64,000 bases of DNA. Origin: Candidatus Heimdallarchaeota archaeon (GTDB lineage Archaea > Asgardarchaeota > Heimdallarchaeia > Hodarchaeales > Hodarchaeaceae). The position numbers and the translations under genes were made by a program. The stretch is from contig JBHLSH010000009.1 in assembly GCA_048881705.1 (NCBI GenBank), positions 1-64,000 on the forward strand, in the 5' to 3' direction. Positions 1 through 10,322 of the stretch are shown in pieces. The notes beneath the pieces are model-generated. The model was given only the letters and a program-made list of their open reading frames with translations, had not been told where the DNA came from and made no database searches. Every line of letters starts with the position of its first letter. Positions within the stretch are counted from its first letter, which is position 1.

Positions 1-39
1 CACAAAATCGTTGAGAAAAATCGTGAATTATTACTTGAT

Positions 40-627
40 GTGTTCTCTCAGGAGTTTGATGACTTAATTGTAGACCAGCTCTCCTCCAATGGAGGCCTCC
101 TAATTCCCCGTTACAAAGGATCTTATTCACCTCCTTTTAAAGACTTTCGGGTAGTTTTTGCGCTGGAAGAACGCCATTTGATGTTGTCTGTCATCATTTC
201 ATGGTTTTCAGGAGCCAAGGACTATATTGCTTTGGAAGCCAACGCCAAGAAAGGAAAAATCCAAACGAAACTTCAAATCATCCCAAAAAAGGAGGAAGGG
301 CAAATCCGAAAGCATCAGGATCTGCTATTCACTCTTGATACTATAACTCTCAACGTTCGCAGCCTAGATGAGTATTTCTTGATTAAAGCTACTTCCCAGA
401 AGAGCGGTCTCTTTCTCCTTGGAGACAAAGATCTGCTTAAGTCTATTTATAACAATCGAGAAGGACTGGTACGGATTTCTATTGATTCTGCAGATGACCC
501 AACGATTAGAATCTATTCGCTCATTAATGAGTCCTTGGATCTTAGGCGCATGTATGACCTATTTATAGCACTCTGCAACCGAGTCAACTTTGTTTCAGAA
601 AGGATAACAACTCGGAAAAGCCGTTAA
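40..627 (+). CDS. hypothetical protein
   Basis: 195-aa ORF with ordinary globular composition, convergent with the GTPase pair; no motif recognised. Confidence 0.6.
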   Translation: MFSQEFDDLIVDQLSSNGGLLIPRYKGSYSPPFKDFRVVFALEERHLMLSVIISWFSGAKDYIALEANAKKGKIQTKLQIIPKKEEGQIRKHQDLLFTLDTITLNVRSLDEYFLIKATSQKSGLFLLGDKDLLKSIYNNREGLVRISIDSADDPTIRIYSLINESLDLRRMYDLFIALCNRVNFVSERITTRKSR

Positions 628-658
628 TCCTTTGATCCTCGATCCGTGCGTTGTTGGG

Positions 659-1222
659 TTAAAGCGTATCCAATTTCTCGGTAACTCGCTGTCGCAGCCA
701 CTCTAAGCCTTCCTCAACATTGAAACCTGTTTTTGCTGATGTCGGTACAATTGCATACGAATGTGTGGTCACCCTATGTAGATTCAAGGCTCTTGCAACC
801 TCTCCCGCCGATGCTGCATGTTCTAAGTCTTGTTTATTCGCCAACACCAAGATAGGAATGTTTTCTACCTTATCGTTATCTAAAACGTATTTCCAAAGCT
901 CTTCTTTCGCTTCGAAAAAGCGATGTCTGTCCGCACTATCAATTACATACACTATCCCCATGGATCCCGCCATGTAACTCTCCCATAAACTCTCTCTAAA
1001 GGCTTCCTGCCCACCAATATCCCAGGATATGAATCTAACATTACCAGACGTGAATTCATCGACATTCATACCGAGAGTCCTGAATGTTGAGTTATCAAAA
1101 ATTCCAGAAGTGATTCGTTTAACAATAGTAGTTTTTCCCGCATGATCCAACCCCAGCCAGGCGATCTTGACACTGAGTTTTTCTTTGGCGAGTTTTGCTC
1201 TCAGTTTCGCAATGAAGCTCAT
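659..1222 (-). CDS. Arf/Arl-like small GTPase with N-terminal amphipathic helix
   Basis: GLDHAGKTT (G1), WDIGGQ (G3), NKQD (G4), SAKTG (G5); N-terminus MSFIAKLRAKLAK; ATG at 1222 preferred over GTG at 1234. Confidence 0.9.
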   Translation of the reverse strand: MSFIAKLRAKLAKEKLSVKIAWLGLDHAGKTTIVKRITSGIFDNSTFRTLGMNVDEFTSGNVRFISWDIGGQEAFRESLWESYMAGSMGIVYVIDSADRHRFFEAKEELWKYVLDNDKVENIPILVLANKQDLEHAASAGEVARALNLHRVTTHSYAIVPTSAKTGFNVEEGLEWLRQRVTEKLDTL

Positions 1223-1238
1223 GCGTGGTACCACCTAG

Positions 1239-1784
1239 TTATCTACGGCTGCGGAATCGTTCGCTCATCCATTCCCAGGGTTCGTCCACGCCTTCACCCG
1301 TCAGAGCGGAACAGGGATAGACTGCAAACGTACGCGGACGAGCTGACATTTCATGCTCAAGCCCGAGTAGGTCAACAATTCGTCGCAACGACATAGCCTC
1401 AGCGAGATCCTGTTTATTGGCAAGAAAGAGAAAAGCAGAATCCGCAGGAGACCACTTAATGACCTTTTTTAACCATCGACCAGCATCCTCGATTTTAGAC
1501 TGGTCAGCAGAGTCAAATACAAAAATAACTCCCAAGGCCTTAGAAACAAATGGTTCCCAAAGGCTGGAGGGATAACCAGGTGTTCCTCCGAGGTCAACCG
1601 CCATCACCTCAATTTCTCCGATCTGTAGGGTTTCTATATTCATACCCATGGTGGGCGTTGTCTCTAGATTGGTGTCTCCTTTCAATCGTTTAACTAAAGT
1701 CGTTTTTCCTGCCTTGACGAGGCCAACAAAGGCCAATTGGTGCTCGATGGTTCGGCCAAATATTTTGGTGGGGTTGCGTTTCAT
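1239..1784 (-). CDS. Arf-like small GTPase, divergent G3 (DLGGT)
   Basis: GLVKAGKTT, TPTMG, DLGGT, NKQD, CSALTG. Confidence 0.88.
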   Translation of the reverse strand: MKRNPTKIFGRTIEHQLAFVGLVKAGKTTLVKRLKGDTNLETTPTMGMNIETLQIGEIEVMAVDLGGTPGYPSSLWEPFVSKALGVIFVFDSADQSKIEDAGRWLKKVIKWSPADSAFLFLANKQDLAEAMSLRRIVDLLGLEHEMSARPRTFAVYPCSALTGEGVDEPWEWMSERFRSRR

Positions 1785-2038
1785 CGGTTAATCCCGTATG
1801 GTAGCTGATTGGTGGTTATAGAGGTAATGGAGTGAGGTATAGCCAAATGCTCTGGTTAGGTAGGGGGCTCTTAAGTCAACTGAGGGATTCCATAGATATA
1901 GTTTAGAAACTTATTTTTAAGTCGTCCTAATTAGATTCCTCTAAAATCATTCTGGAAACCCGAGAAGGATGAATAAAAATCGTCATGCCTCGGAATTCTT
2001 GGAATTAGTTTGTTTACAGATAAAGAGGGAACCTCAGG

Positions 2039-3925
2039 CTAGACAAGGCGAGTGAATTTGGGCTGACGTGACACGTATCGCGCGAAAATCCGTGGGAAAT
2101 AGGGTTTATCTTGGGTACGTTTGTGAACATAGGCGATAACGTCTTGAACAGATTGTTGTTCCTGAGTATTTTGAACACGGTAGCGTGTGTTAACATTTTT
2201 ATGTGTTTGCTCCTTTTCTCCCACGACAACGATGATAGGGGTCCATAGTTTTTCTGCTGCGCGAATTCGTTTACCCAAGGAGAGATCACGGTCATCGATT
2301 TCCACTCGGACATTCGCCTGCTCAAACTGGTTGGAAATTTCCTCGGCATAAGGTAACTGATCAGGAGTAACAGGGATTACACGTACCTGAACAGGGGTCA
2401 GCCACAACGGAAGTTGAGGTTTGATTCCCTCATGCATTTTCTTCAGCTGATCCTCCAATAAGCCATAGATGACACGTTCAGTCGATCCTGATAGGGAGCA
2501 ATGCAATAGATAGGGGTGTTGAGCCTCTCCCTGTTCATTTACGTAAGTTATAGCAAAACGTTCGGCGTTTTCAACATCAATTTGGACGGTGGACAGTGCT
2601 GCAGCTTTTTTCTGTATGTCCACGACATTAAATTCGAATTTGAGTATAAAATACGCGTACCGACGATCGAATAACTCAAGTAAAATGGGACGGTCCAATT
2701 CCTTAACAAGGGTAACAATCCAGGCCTTGTGTTCCTCGAAAAATGGGGTAGTCATTCGAAATGCGGTTTCAAAACGGATTTCAAGATCATCCATATATTG
2801 ATGTGCAAGACGGAACTGGGCTTCAAATTCGTGGCGTGCCATGTCGATATCAAGAGCCGCCGTATGAAGATCGGGCATGGTGAATCCACGAAGCCGTCGG
2901 ATACCAGCCAGTTCTCCTCGTTGTTCTCTACGATAGGATTTTGCTAATTCAAAGACCTTGACTGGAAGCTGCCGATAACTTATGGTGGCATCGGCCAAGG
3001 CCAGGAATTGACCAAAGCAGGCAGAAAATCGTAAGAAATAGTCCCGTTTTCCTGATTTCACAACATATTGCCTGGCAGGAAATCGTTCCAGATATTTTTT
3101 CAAACTGGGGTGTTCGTAGCTATACATCACGGGTGTTTCAACAATCATTGCCCCATATTGAGCGGCCATGTCTATGACATGGCTTTCGATGAGTTGCTTC
3201 ACAATGTACCCGCGTGGGAGGATTCGAAAGTTACCTGCGTCACTTCCAACTTCATAGTCAACGAGTTCCAAGTTTTTCATGACTTCAACGTGAGCAGGTG
3301 GTTCACTGAAGGTACGATCTTTCGCAGTCTCATAACTAATAAATGTCTGAAGCTCTTTCTGATCGCCATAGGAGTACTGGTCAAAAGGGGTCATTTCACC
3401 GCTTGGAGTAAGTACATAAAAAGTAGATCGAGCTTCCTCTTCCGCCTCTAAGGCCTTAACTATCTCAACTGAGGCTTTTTCTGTTTCTTCGCCAAGAATA
3501 CTTTTCGAGCGTTCAGCCAAGGGATGTCCTATACAATGAATGTTAAAGCGTTTATAGTACCCAAAAGGAGCCCGGACAATGGCTAGGTTGGGATCTTCTT
3601 CCTTTAATCGAGTGTTTAAACGATTGAGAATTGACATAGCATCACGAGGAGGAGCAGGTGAAGATTTTGCTAGATGAACCCATGGATACAGAATAACACG
3701 GTTTTCGCCAATGTCGGTAAGGGCTTGTTGAATTTCGAAGCTCGCATTGGTAACCACGGAATCAGAATTACGGGGATCAGTGGTTTCAACCGCAATGAAA
3801 ACAACTAGAACGGATTCATCAGTACGATACTCCTTTGATTCTGCGGTTAACGGTTCAGCATTCGCAATAGCCTTATCGTTCGCCTTCCAATCAAAACCTT
3901 GGGAGTGAATGAGTAACAATTGCAT
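2039..3925 (-). CDS. thrS: threonyl-tRNA synthetase, archaeal type with N-terminal editing domain
   Basis: MQLLLIHS start, HPLAERS, LRFSACFGQF, RREQRGE, TMPDLH, HCSLSGSTER and anticodon-binding domain. Confidence 0.95.
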   Translation of the reverse strand: MQLLLIHSQGFDWKANDKAIANAEPLTAESKEYRTDESVLVVFIAVETTDPRNSDSVVTNASFEIQQALTDIGENRVILYPWVHLAKSSPAPPRDAMSILNRLNTRLKEEDPNLAIVRAPFGYYKRFNIHCIGHPLAERSKSILGEETEKASVEIVKALEAEEEARSTFYVLTPSGEMTPFDQYSYGDQKELQTFISYETAKDRTFSEPPAHVEVMKNLELVDYEVGSDAGNFRILPRGYIVKQLIESHVIDMAAQYGAMIVETPVMYSYEHPSLKKYLERFPARQYVVKSGKRDYFLRFSACFGQFLALADATISYRQLPVKVFELAKSYRREQRGELAGIRRLRGFTMPDLHTAALDIDMARHEFEAQFRLAHQYMDDLEIRFETAFRMTTPFFEEHKAWIVTLVKELDRPILLELFDRRYAYFILKFEFNVVDIQKKAAALSTVQIDVENAERFAITYVNEQGEAQHPYLLHCSLSGSTERVIYGLLEDQLKKMHEGIKPQLPLWLTPVQVRVIPVTPDQLPYAEEISNQFEQANVRVEIDDRDLSLGKRIRAAEKLWTPIIVVVGEKEQTHKNVNTRYRVQNTQEQQSVQDVIAYVHKRTQDKPYFPRIFARYVSRQPKFTRLV

Positions 3926-4018
3926 TCTAATCACACAGAAGGAGGCTTCCATCCTTGATAGGGTAGTACACTCAATTATATGGAAAAAATCGTAGAAAAC
4001 AAGTATCTTACTTTTTTC

Positions 4019-4621
4019 TCAAAGAAAGTTCTCAACAAAAAAATTAACAGATGAATCAGGAATTCCTAGGCCAGTGAATGTAGACCATGCCTGGATCCGA
4101 TCATACCTCTCTGAAATGGTACGTTCCTTCATAAATTCATAATATTCGTGTGGAAACACGACCCATTCTGTCGCTTCTTCAACAAAGTATTCAGGAGTGA
4201 TCTTTGACCATGGTTTTACAATCAAAGTCGCCACCCGAACCTCTTTAGGTCGTTTAAGGTTGAGATACTCCAGAGCGCATCTAATACTTTCGCCACTGTC
4301 CGCTAAATCGTCAACCAAGAGAATAAATTGATTGTATATGTTAACTCCTACATCTTGGGCTACAACTGGGCTTGCATGAGTCTCAGCGATACCAGTATAG
4401 AATTTCACCTGCATGGTTGAGAGGGCTTGGATCGTTTGTTTATCGCCTTTAAGGGGCCCGTCTGCCTCAAACATGTCGCTCAATAACCTGGCAGGGATCG
4501 TACCTCCTCTACTTATCCCAATTATGATATCAGGTCTATATGAATCGTTTTTGATCAGAGAAAATAGCGTTCGGGCGAGCTCATCGATTTCTCGCCATGT
4601 TAGCACACGGAAATTGATCAT
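4019..4621 (-). CDS. type I phosphoribosyltransferase (purine salvage-like)
   Basis: IIIGISRGGTIPA and ILLVDDLADSGES PRPP-binding motif; WVVFPHE. Confidence 0.88.
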   Translation of the reverse strand: MINFRVLTWREIDELARTLFSLIKNDSYRPDIIIGISRGGTIPARLLSDMFEADGPLKGDKQTIQALSTMQVKFYTGIAETHASPVVAQDVGVNIYNQFILLVDDLADSGESIRCALEYLNLKRPKEVRVATLIVKPWSKITPEYFVEEATEWVVFPHEYYEFMKERTISERYDRIQAWSTFTGLGIPDSSVNFFVENFL

Positions 4622-4744
4622 TGTGACAACTCTTCTCAGCACACTGGGAGTCCGCTATGGAGAGATAACTAAAAAAAGGATTCGTATCGTCGGCAAGATA
4701 GGCGGGTCATCTCAATCGCGCAATCTGAACAAACACTCCTAGAA

Positions 4745-5290
4745 TTGGTTAATTCTAGCCATGTTCTAATCTTTTCGGGTTCCCTCCTTACAAAGACCCA
4801 CGAACCAGCAGCCATCGGAGCGTTGCTGGCCCATGTTACGGCGCATTATAATATTAGGGGAGCCCAGCTGTTCGATAATCGTTTTATCTGGGGGAAGCGA
4901 CATCTCTACTCCGCTGTTTGGCATGCGTATCATGCGGCGACCCATAATCAAATGATATCAAAGACCCTTTCAATGGAGATGCTCCTCTACGCTGCAGGGC
5001 AACGACAAATTCAAAAAGCCATTGAAATTCTCGGTGTAAGATCATCAACACGTAGTCTTGCGGGAGTAATCCTAGGTGACAATTTAACTCCATTACGTGA
5101 AGCTTATGCCTATTTACGGGATGTTTTAGATATGCAAGAGGATATAAGTCTATTGAATCAGTATAACCTAAAAAGAGATTTTGTCCTGACTAATCTGGTG
5201 GAACTGGAGGTAGAACATCGAGAGATGACCGATCTCGATATTGAAAAAGCCGTTTTGCAACGAGTAGGGACACTTGCGTTAGAACGTTAA
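4745..5290 (+). CDS. cgi121: KEOPS complex subunit Cgi121
   Basis: HLYSAVWHA...SKTLSMEMLLYAAGQRQIQKAIEILGV pattern. Confidence 0.88.
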   Translation: MVNSSHVLIFSGSLLTKTHEPAAIGALLAHVTAHYNIRGAQLFDNRFIWGKRHLYSAVWHAYHAATHNQMISKTLSMEMLLYAAGQRQIQKAIEILGVRSSTRSLAGVILGDNLTPLREAYAYLRDVLDMQEDISLLNQYNLKRDFVLTNLVELEVEHREMTDLDIEKAVLQRVGTLALER

Positions 5291-5307
5291 CAGCGCCATT
5301 ACAACAA

Positions 5308-5829
5308 TTAATTCTCGTAATGAACCATTCTTAACTCGTAATTTGGCTCCATTACACTCAATCCAGTTAGATCCCGAACGATTTCAACCCGAATTTCTCG
5401 TTCCGGGTTTTTCAGGTCCACTACGCCCAAATCGATGCGTGCCGCTATCGCTTCAACTACTTGAACAGATCTAAGCATCGTCTGCCGTTTTCGGATATGT
5501 ACTTTCCAATGGGTGTCAGCGTTGATACGGAGTTCGGCTAGACGTGTCGCGTTTTCAACGATTTGGTTCAAGTCCGTTTTGAACAACAACTCCAAAGGTG
5601 TGACTTTTAAACAGGCAACGAGAGGGCCTTTTTCCTCTATATAATTCCGAACCTCTTCAATGATATTAAAAGGATGTACAGCCTCCTCAGTTACACTCAG
5701 AAGGGAAAGGCCTGGCACTCGGGCATGTAAAGGACGAGCTTGGTACCCCAAGACGTCTACAATAACGTAATAAAACTCCGATAGTGCGTCTCGCTCCTGT
5801 GCACGTCGAGAACTGATAAGAAAGCTCAT
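5308..5829 (-). CDS. THUMP-domain RNA-binding protein
   Basis: WKVHIRKR...IDLGVVDLKNPEREIRVEI C-terminal THUMP pattern. Confidence 0.8.
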   Translation of the reverse strand: MSFLISSRRAQERDALSEFYYVIVDVLGYQARPLHARVPGLSLLSVTEEAVHPFNIIEEVRNYIEEKGPLVACLKVTPLELLFKTDLNQIVENATRLAELRINADTHWKVHIRKRQTMLRSVQVVEAIAARIDLGVVDLKNPEREIRVEIVRDLTGLSVMEPNYELRMVHYEN

Positions 5830-5845
5830 ATGACTGGCCGATCTG

Positions 5846-6025
5846 TTATTCTTCCTTTTGAAGTATCCAAGATGATGAGATTAGGTCGGTTGACCCGCAT
5901 TTTGGGCAACTCGGTTTGGTAATGTATATGCCATCTTCGTCTTGTTCAGTTACAAACTCAGCTTTCTGAAAACGGTTATTACACTCTTTGTTTTGACAAA
6001 TGTAAACATCTGGTTTTTCTACCAT
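5846..6025 (-). CDS. small zinc-ribbon protein
   Basis: CQNKEC...CPKCGS; ATG at 6025 preferred. Confidence 0.7.
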   Translation of the reverse strand: MVEKPDVYICQNKECNNRFQKAEFVTEQDEDGIYITKPSCPKCGSTDLISSSWILQKEE

Positions 6026-6068
6026 GATATGGATCAACTCGATGACTCTATTAGGCTGTTTACACGGA

Positions 6069-6773
6069 TTAGATTTCCCTATGCCCAAACTCTAAGATTG
6101 TTAAGATATGATCAGTTCCCCGAGTCAGGAAAAACTGATTGGTGTCCCAATCAGCGGACAGCAGTCGCCTCCAAGAAGCAAATTGCAGCTGCGAGAGGAC
6201 TTTATCTTCTGCTTGGCCAACATACTGAGCGATTTCGGCAAGCTGGCCGCTTTGAGATTTCTTGACAGCCAACAAAATGCCATAATATTGCTTGATAGCT
6301 TGTAGGAGAATGAGTCCTAACGCCCGTTCAATCTGGTCTCCTGTTTTGGCGGAGGTACCAAGCCATTGGATTCGATCCTTTTTGTCTCCCAGAACAGCTG
6401 TTGCCACTTCCTCGGGGGTCTTTGCACCTTTGATATCCTGTTTATTAGCACAAACGACAATGGGAACGTCAGGTAAAATCTCCTCTACTTCTTCTAAAAG
6501 GTTTTTCGCCTCATCAAATGATGCCATATTCACGGAGTCAACTACAAAGAGAATCCCATCCGCGCCTTTGCTCAGAATTTTGCGAATTACCTCAAAACGC
6601 TGAAGACCGGGGGTACCAAAAAGAAATACTTCCACTCCATAAATTTGAGTCTTACAATGATCCAAAGCGACGGTGGTTCCTCCGTAATCGATAGATATGG
6701 AGTTGGATCCACAAATATTCTGAACAGTTGTTGATTTACCCGAATTATAAGGACCTAATAAAACGATCTTCAT
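6069..6773 (-). CDS. MglA-like small GTPase with C-terminal winged-helix-like extension
   Basis: GPYNSGKST, TTVALD, LFGTPG(L), NKQD, SAKTG; ~70-aa tail LAEIAQYVGQAEDKVLSQL. Confidence 0.85.
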   Translation of the reverse strand: MKIVLLGPYNSGKSTTVQNICGSNSISIDYGGTTVALDHCKTQIYGVEVFLFGTPGLQRFEVIRKILSKGADGILFVVDSVNMASFDEAKNLLEEVEEILPDVPIVVCANKQDIKGAKTPEEVATAVLGDKKDRIQWLGTSAKTGDQIERALGLILLQAIKQYYGILLAVKKSQSGQLAEIAQYVGQAEDKVLSQLQFASWRRLLSADWDTNQFFLTRGTDHILTILEFGHREI

Positions 6774-7042
6774 TTTGAACAGATCTCGTTTAAATAGGAA
6801 TAACATCAAAGGAAGAAAAGTGGTGATACAGGGAAAGGATGCCTACCCGGGGACATTGGCTTTTGCGCTGCGTCTAGCTTCGTTGGGGAGTTTAAAAACA
6901 TTTGGCATTAACTTATCAACCGCTAATGGTTCGCGGTCAAATAGGGGATCCAATAGCATTTGGCACGTTTCTCTGCCAAAGATCCAAGTATTAAGAAAAA
7001 TCCCTGATTCAACAAGGACAAACAAATAAAAACTTCTCCCTG

Positions 7043-7516
7043 ATGGGCTGTTTCAAAATAAGCATGATTTGGAGTTCGAACTGGTTGGCCTTCAAACCCA
7101 TATATCGTACCATCTGGCAACCCCGGGAGGTACGAACCTTGGTGTTCAGCATTTTACTGGTCACAATGGCAGTGTTGCTGGAGTTGATATTCATTTTCTT
7201 CGCCGCAGAGTTGCAGGCGTCTTGGCTCGCCTTTCTTTACATAGAAATTGACCTCCCAATTGGGATCATTAAACCATTTGAGATGTTTTTGCACTTAATC
7301 CTGTGGGGGATTATGTTTTTTTGTTCATTCCTTGCCTATTCCGTCATTCGGGAATATGCGAATGCTCGTGTGAATCTAGTTGAGATTCTAGTAATTGGAG
7401 GGTTTTTTGTTGTGCTTGGATGGCTAATCTTTGAATTAGTGTTCGGGCTCTTATTGGCGGGTGTTATAGCCCTTATCTTGGGTTACATGTATTTCTCTTT
7501 AGCAGAAACACCTTAA
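7043..7516 (+). CDS. integral membrane protein (about 4 TM)
   Basis: four hydrophobic stretches in a 157-aa ORF. Confidence 0.7.
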   Translation: MGCFKISMIWSSNWLAFKPIYRTIWQPREVRTLVFSILLVTMAVLLELIFIFFAAELQASWLAFLYIEIDLPIGIIKPFEMFLHLILWGIMFFCSFLAYSVIREYANARVNLVEILVIGGFFVVLGWLIFELVFGLLLAGVIALILGYMYFSLAETP

Positions 7517-7540
7517 GGAGAAAATTTCTCTCCCTATGTC

Positions 7541-9157
7541 TCATTCTCGAATTTTTTGTTTCAATAATGCACGAAGGATTTTCCCATCTTCCGCCATGGG
7601 AATATTTGCTCTAATTTCAATTATTCGGGGCTTTTTGTATGCAGCAATTTTCCCCTCACACCAGTCTTGAATCTCAGTTTCAAATTTTCTCCGATCTATA
7701 TCGGGCTGATAATCTACGGGTTCGATAAATGCCTTGACAATCTGTCCCCAAACAGGATGGGGTACGCCAATAACAACCGCATTTTTTACATGTGGGTGCT
7801 TACGTAGGACATCCTCTACTTCCATGGGGTAAACCTTTTCTCCCCCAGTAATGATTAGTTCATCCCGTCTGTCAACATAGTAATAGTTTCCCTCTTCATC
7901 AATAGTGAATAGATCACCGGTACGATACCATGATCCGTCAAAGGCTTGGGATGTCTTTTCTTCATCATGATAACGGTGCATAAGGGAGGGAGATCGATAG
8001 ATAGCTTCTCCAACTTCACCAGGGGCGATTTCATCTCCTTTTTCATTCACAATCCGCATTTCAACTCCACTGATGGGTTTACCAATAAATCCCTCTCTTA
8101 TTTTTGGGATATCATTATTTGTTAGGAAAGAGTAGATCGCCGCTCCGATGTTTTCCGTTGACCCATACCCGTCCACTAACACGATTTCTGGAAACCGGGT
8201 TAAAATCTCCTTTTTCATTGATGCAGACATTTTTGCGCCACCTGACGAGAAAAGGGTCACAGATGACAAATCATAATCGTCTAGTTGGGGAAAGTCTAAT
8301 AAGAGCCGAAACTGTGTAGGTACCATGAAGACGGTCGTGACTCGTTCTGTTTCAATGAGTCTAGCAACTTCTACAGGATCAAAACTCAACGAGGTAGGAA
8401 AGACAACTTGTCTTTTCATGGCTGTCATGATTAGAGCAGGAACAAATCCCGAGAGATGGTAAAGCGGAGTGGGAACCAAAAACTTAGGTTCATGATTAGT
8501 AGGTATCATTGCAACTTCAGGAATTTTCCCTTCAATGATCAGTTCTAGGCCATGTTCTGGAATCAGATTACACGCATCCAACAATGCACGGTGAGTAAAA
8601 TCAACCGCCTTGGGCTGGCCGGTAGTTCCGGATGTATATAGCTGAACTCCAAGATCTGATGGCGAGACCGATATGTCAGGAACCGATGTTGAGGCATTTT
8701 GCAACAGGTCACTCCATATGAGTATGTCTTGTTTATCAAATGGCCTCTCATCCACGATAACACAAGGAAAAGGATTTGTTTCCTTTGTTAATGCTTCTAT
8801 GATATGATGGTAGAAATGAGAGCTTGTTACGCAGCCTTGTGGGCAACTTTTTCTAAAAATGTGAGTGAGTTCTGAGTGAATAAAACGGGTACTTATTGGT
8901 GTCGGAACCATACCTGCACGTTGAGATCCATAAAACGTAATTAACCATTCAGGTCGATTCTCTAGCATGATTAGGATATTCTTTCCTCGTCCATCAGGAA
9001 AAAGATGAAGAAACATGTTTGCTACTTTTGATATTTCACGGTCAAGTGAAGCCCACGTCCAATGGGATCTGCCATACGTGACTGCAAGTTGATCAGCGTA
9101 ATCACGGCCATTTATCGTGAGGAGGTCACTAAAAATTCGGGGAAAATCCTCCATCAT
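7541..9157 (-). CDS. acyl-CoA synthetase (AMP-forming, fatty-acid-CoA ligase family)
   Basis: YTSGTTGQPK, GYGSTE, YRTGD, GGEKVYPMEVE, GKILR. Confidence 0.93.
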   Translation of the reverse strand: MMEDFPRIFSDLLTINGRDYADQLAVTYGRSHWTWASLDREISKVANMFLHLFPDGRGKNILIMLENRPEWLITFYGSQRAGMVPTPISTRFIHSELTHIFRKSCPQGCVTSSHFYHHIIEALTKETNPFPCVIVDERPFDKQDILIWSDLLQNASTSVPDISVSPSDLGVQLYTSGTTGQPKAVDFTHRALLDACNLIPEHGLELIIEGKIPEVAMIPTNHEPKFLVPTPLYHLSGFVPALIMTAMKRQVVFPTSLSFDPVEVARLIETERVTTVFMVPTQFRLLLDFPQLDDYDLSSVTLFSSGGAKMSASMKKEILTRFPEIVLVDGYGSTENIGAAIYSFLTNNDIPKIREGFIGKPISGVEMRIVNEKGDEIAPGEVGEAIYRSPSLMHRYHDEEKTSQAFDGSWYRTGDLFTIDEEGNYYYVDRRDELIITGGEKVYPMEVEDVLRKHPHVKNAVVIGVPHPVWGQIVKAFIEPVDYQPDIDRRKFETEIQDWCEGKIAAYKKPRIIEIRANIPMAEDGKILRALLKQKIRE

Positions 9158-9167
9158 GAGAACATCA

Positions 9168-9509
9168 TCATTTCATGAGGGCCTGAAGTTTCAACAAGTC
9201 ATTCATGGGTCCTTTTGCTTTTATTTTTCCTCCCATAAATGCTCGGGTCGGACTAATCTCGCCCGCCATCACGCCCATGATTGTATCTGTGGTGGTTGTG
9301 ATTCCGAGATCGGCATTATCTGCAATCCCTTCTTGAATGGATGCCGTTCCACCCTGGAAGACAATATGGCAATTCGCGTCTTCCAAGTCTGTAAAACTAA
9401 ACTGGAGCGTTTTATTGAAATCGGCAAATCGCGATTGATACTTCGGGTCGTCCATCTTAGATGTCATTTTTGCTAAGGAATCCATAACTTCTTGCTTGGA
9501 TGCTGGCAT
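9168..9509 (-). CDS. SCP2 sterol/lipid-carrier domain protein
   Basis: ADLGITTTTDTIMGVMAGEISPTRAFMGGKIKAKG pattern. Confidence 0.9.
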   Translation of the reverse strand: MPASKQEVMDSLAKMTSKMDDPKYQSRFADFNKTLQFSFTDLEDANCHIVFQGGTASIQEGIADNADLGITTTTDTIMGVMAGEISPTRAFMGGKIKAKGPMNDLLKLQALMK

Positions 9510-9537
9510 GTCAATTCACCTGCTTGCTCTCGATTAG

Positions 9538-10296
9538 TTACTTTCCCTGCCATTCGGGGTCTCTTTTCTCCATCCATGCGGTAAAACCTTCGATGACATC
9601 ATCAGAGTGGAATAGGGAGTAAAAGGGTTCCCACAACTGCCCAACCTCACGTATACCGCGACGTAAATATTCTTTGGTATAGTTTTGGGACAATGGAGCG
9701 CAAAGCTTGATCTCCTCACACAATTCGGTCACCGCTTTCTCTAGATCATCGTGAGGAACCACTTTATTGATCAATCCCATCCGAAACGCCTCCTGCGCAT
9801 CTATACTTTTCCCTGTGAATGTTAATTCTTTGATGTAACGCATGTTATACTCGTGAGCTCTTAGGATGGCGAGACCTGACATAAGTCCCCTTCGGTTCTC
9901 TCGAAAGGCAAAAATCGCCTTATCAGATGCTACGACTAGATCACAGAACAGGGTTAACTCAAAACCCCCCGCATAGGCGTACCCGTTTACTGCTGCGATG
10001 ATGGGCTTGGGGTATCTCTGTAAAAGTTCGATTGGATCTAGAACCACACCTAAAAACTCTCCAAGTCCCTTAAATCCAATTTCACTCATCTCCTTGATAT
10101 CTAATCCAGCTGAAAAAGCAGTTCCTTCTCCTGTAATTACTAATGCTCGAACGGAGTAATCATCCCAAGTTGATTCAAGGACATCCATTAATTCATGCCA
10201 AGTCTGCCGAGATAAGGCATTACGTACCTCTGGGCGATTGAATGCTATCCATCCAATCCCATTTTTTATTTCAAACTTTATACATTCGAAGGTCAT
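9538..10296 (-). CDS. enoyl-CoA hydratase/isomerase family protein
   Basis: FNRPEVRNAL, FSAGLDI, AAVNGYAYAGGFEL. Confidence 0.93.
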   Translation of the reverse strand: MTFECIKFEIKNGIGWIAFNRPEVRNALSRQTWHELMDVLESTWDDYSVRALVITGEGTAFSAGLDIKEMSEIGFKGLGEFLGVVLDPIELLQRYPKPIIAAVNGYAYAGGFELTLFCDLVVASDKAIFAFRENRRGLMSGLAILRAHEYNMRYIKELTFTGKSIDAQEAFRMGLINKVVPHDDLEKAVTELCEEIKLCAPLSQNYTKEYLRRGIREVGQLWEPFYSLFHSDDVIEGFTAWMEKRDPEWQGK

Positions 10297-10322
10297 TATA
10301 ATTTATCTCCATTTAACCAAAT

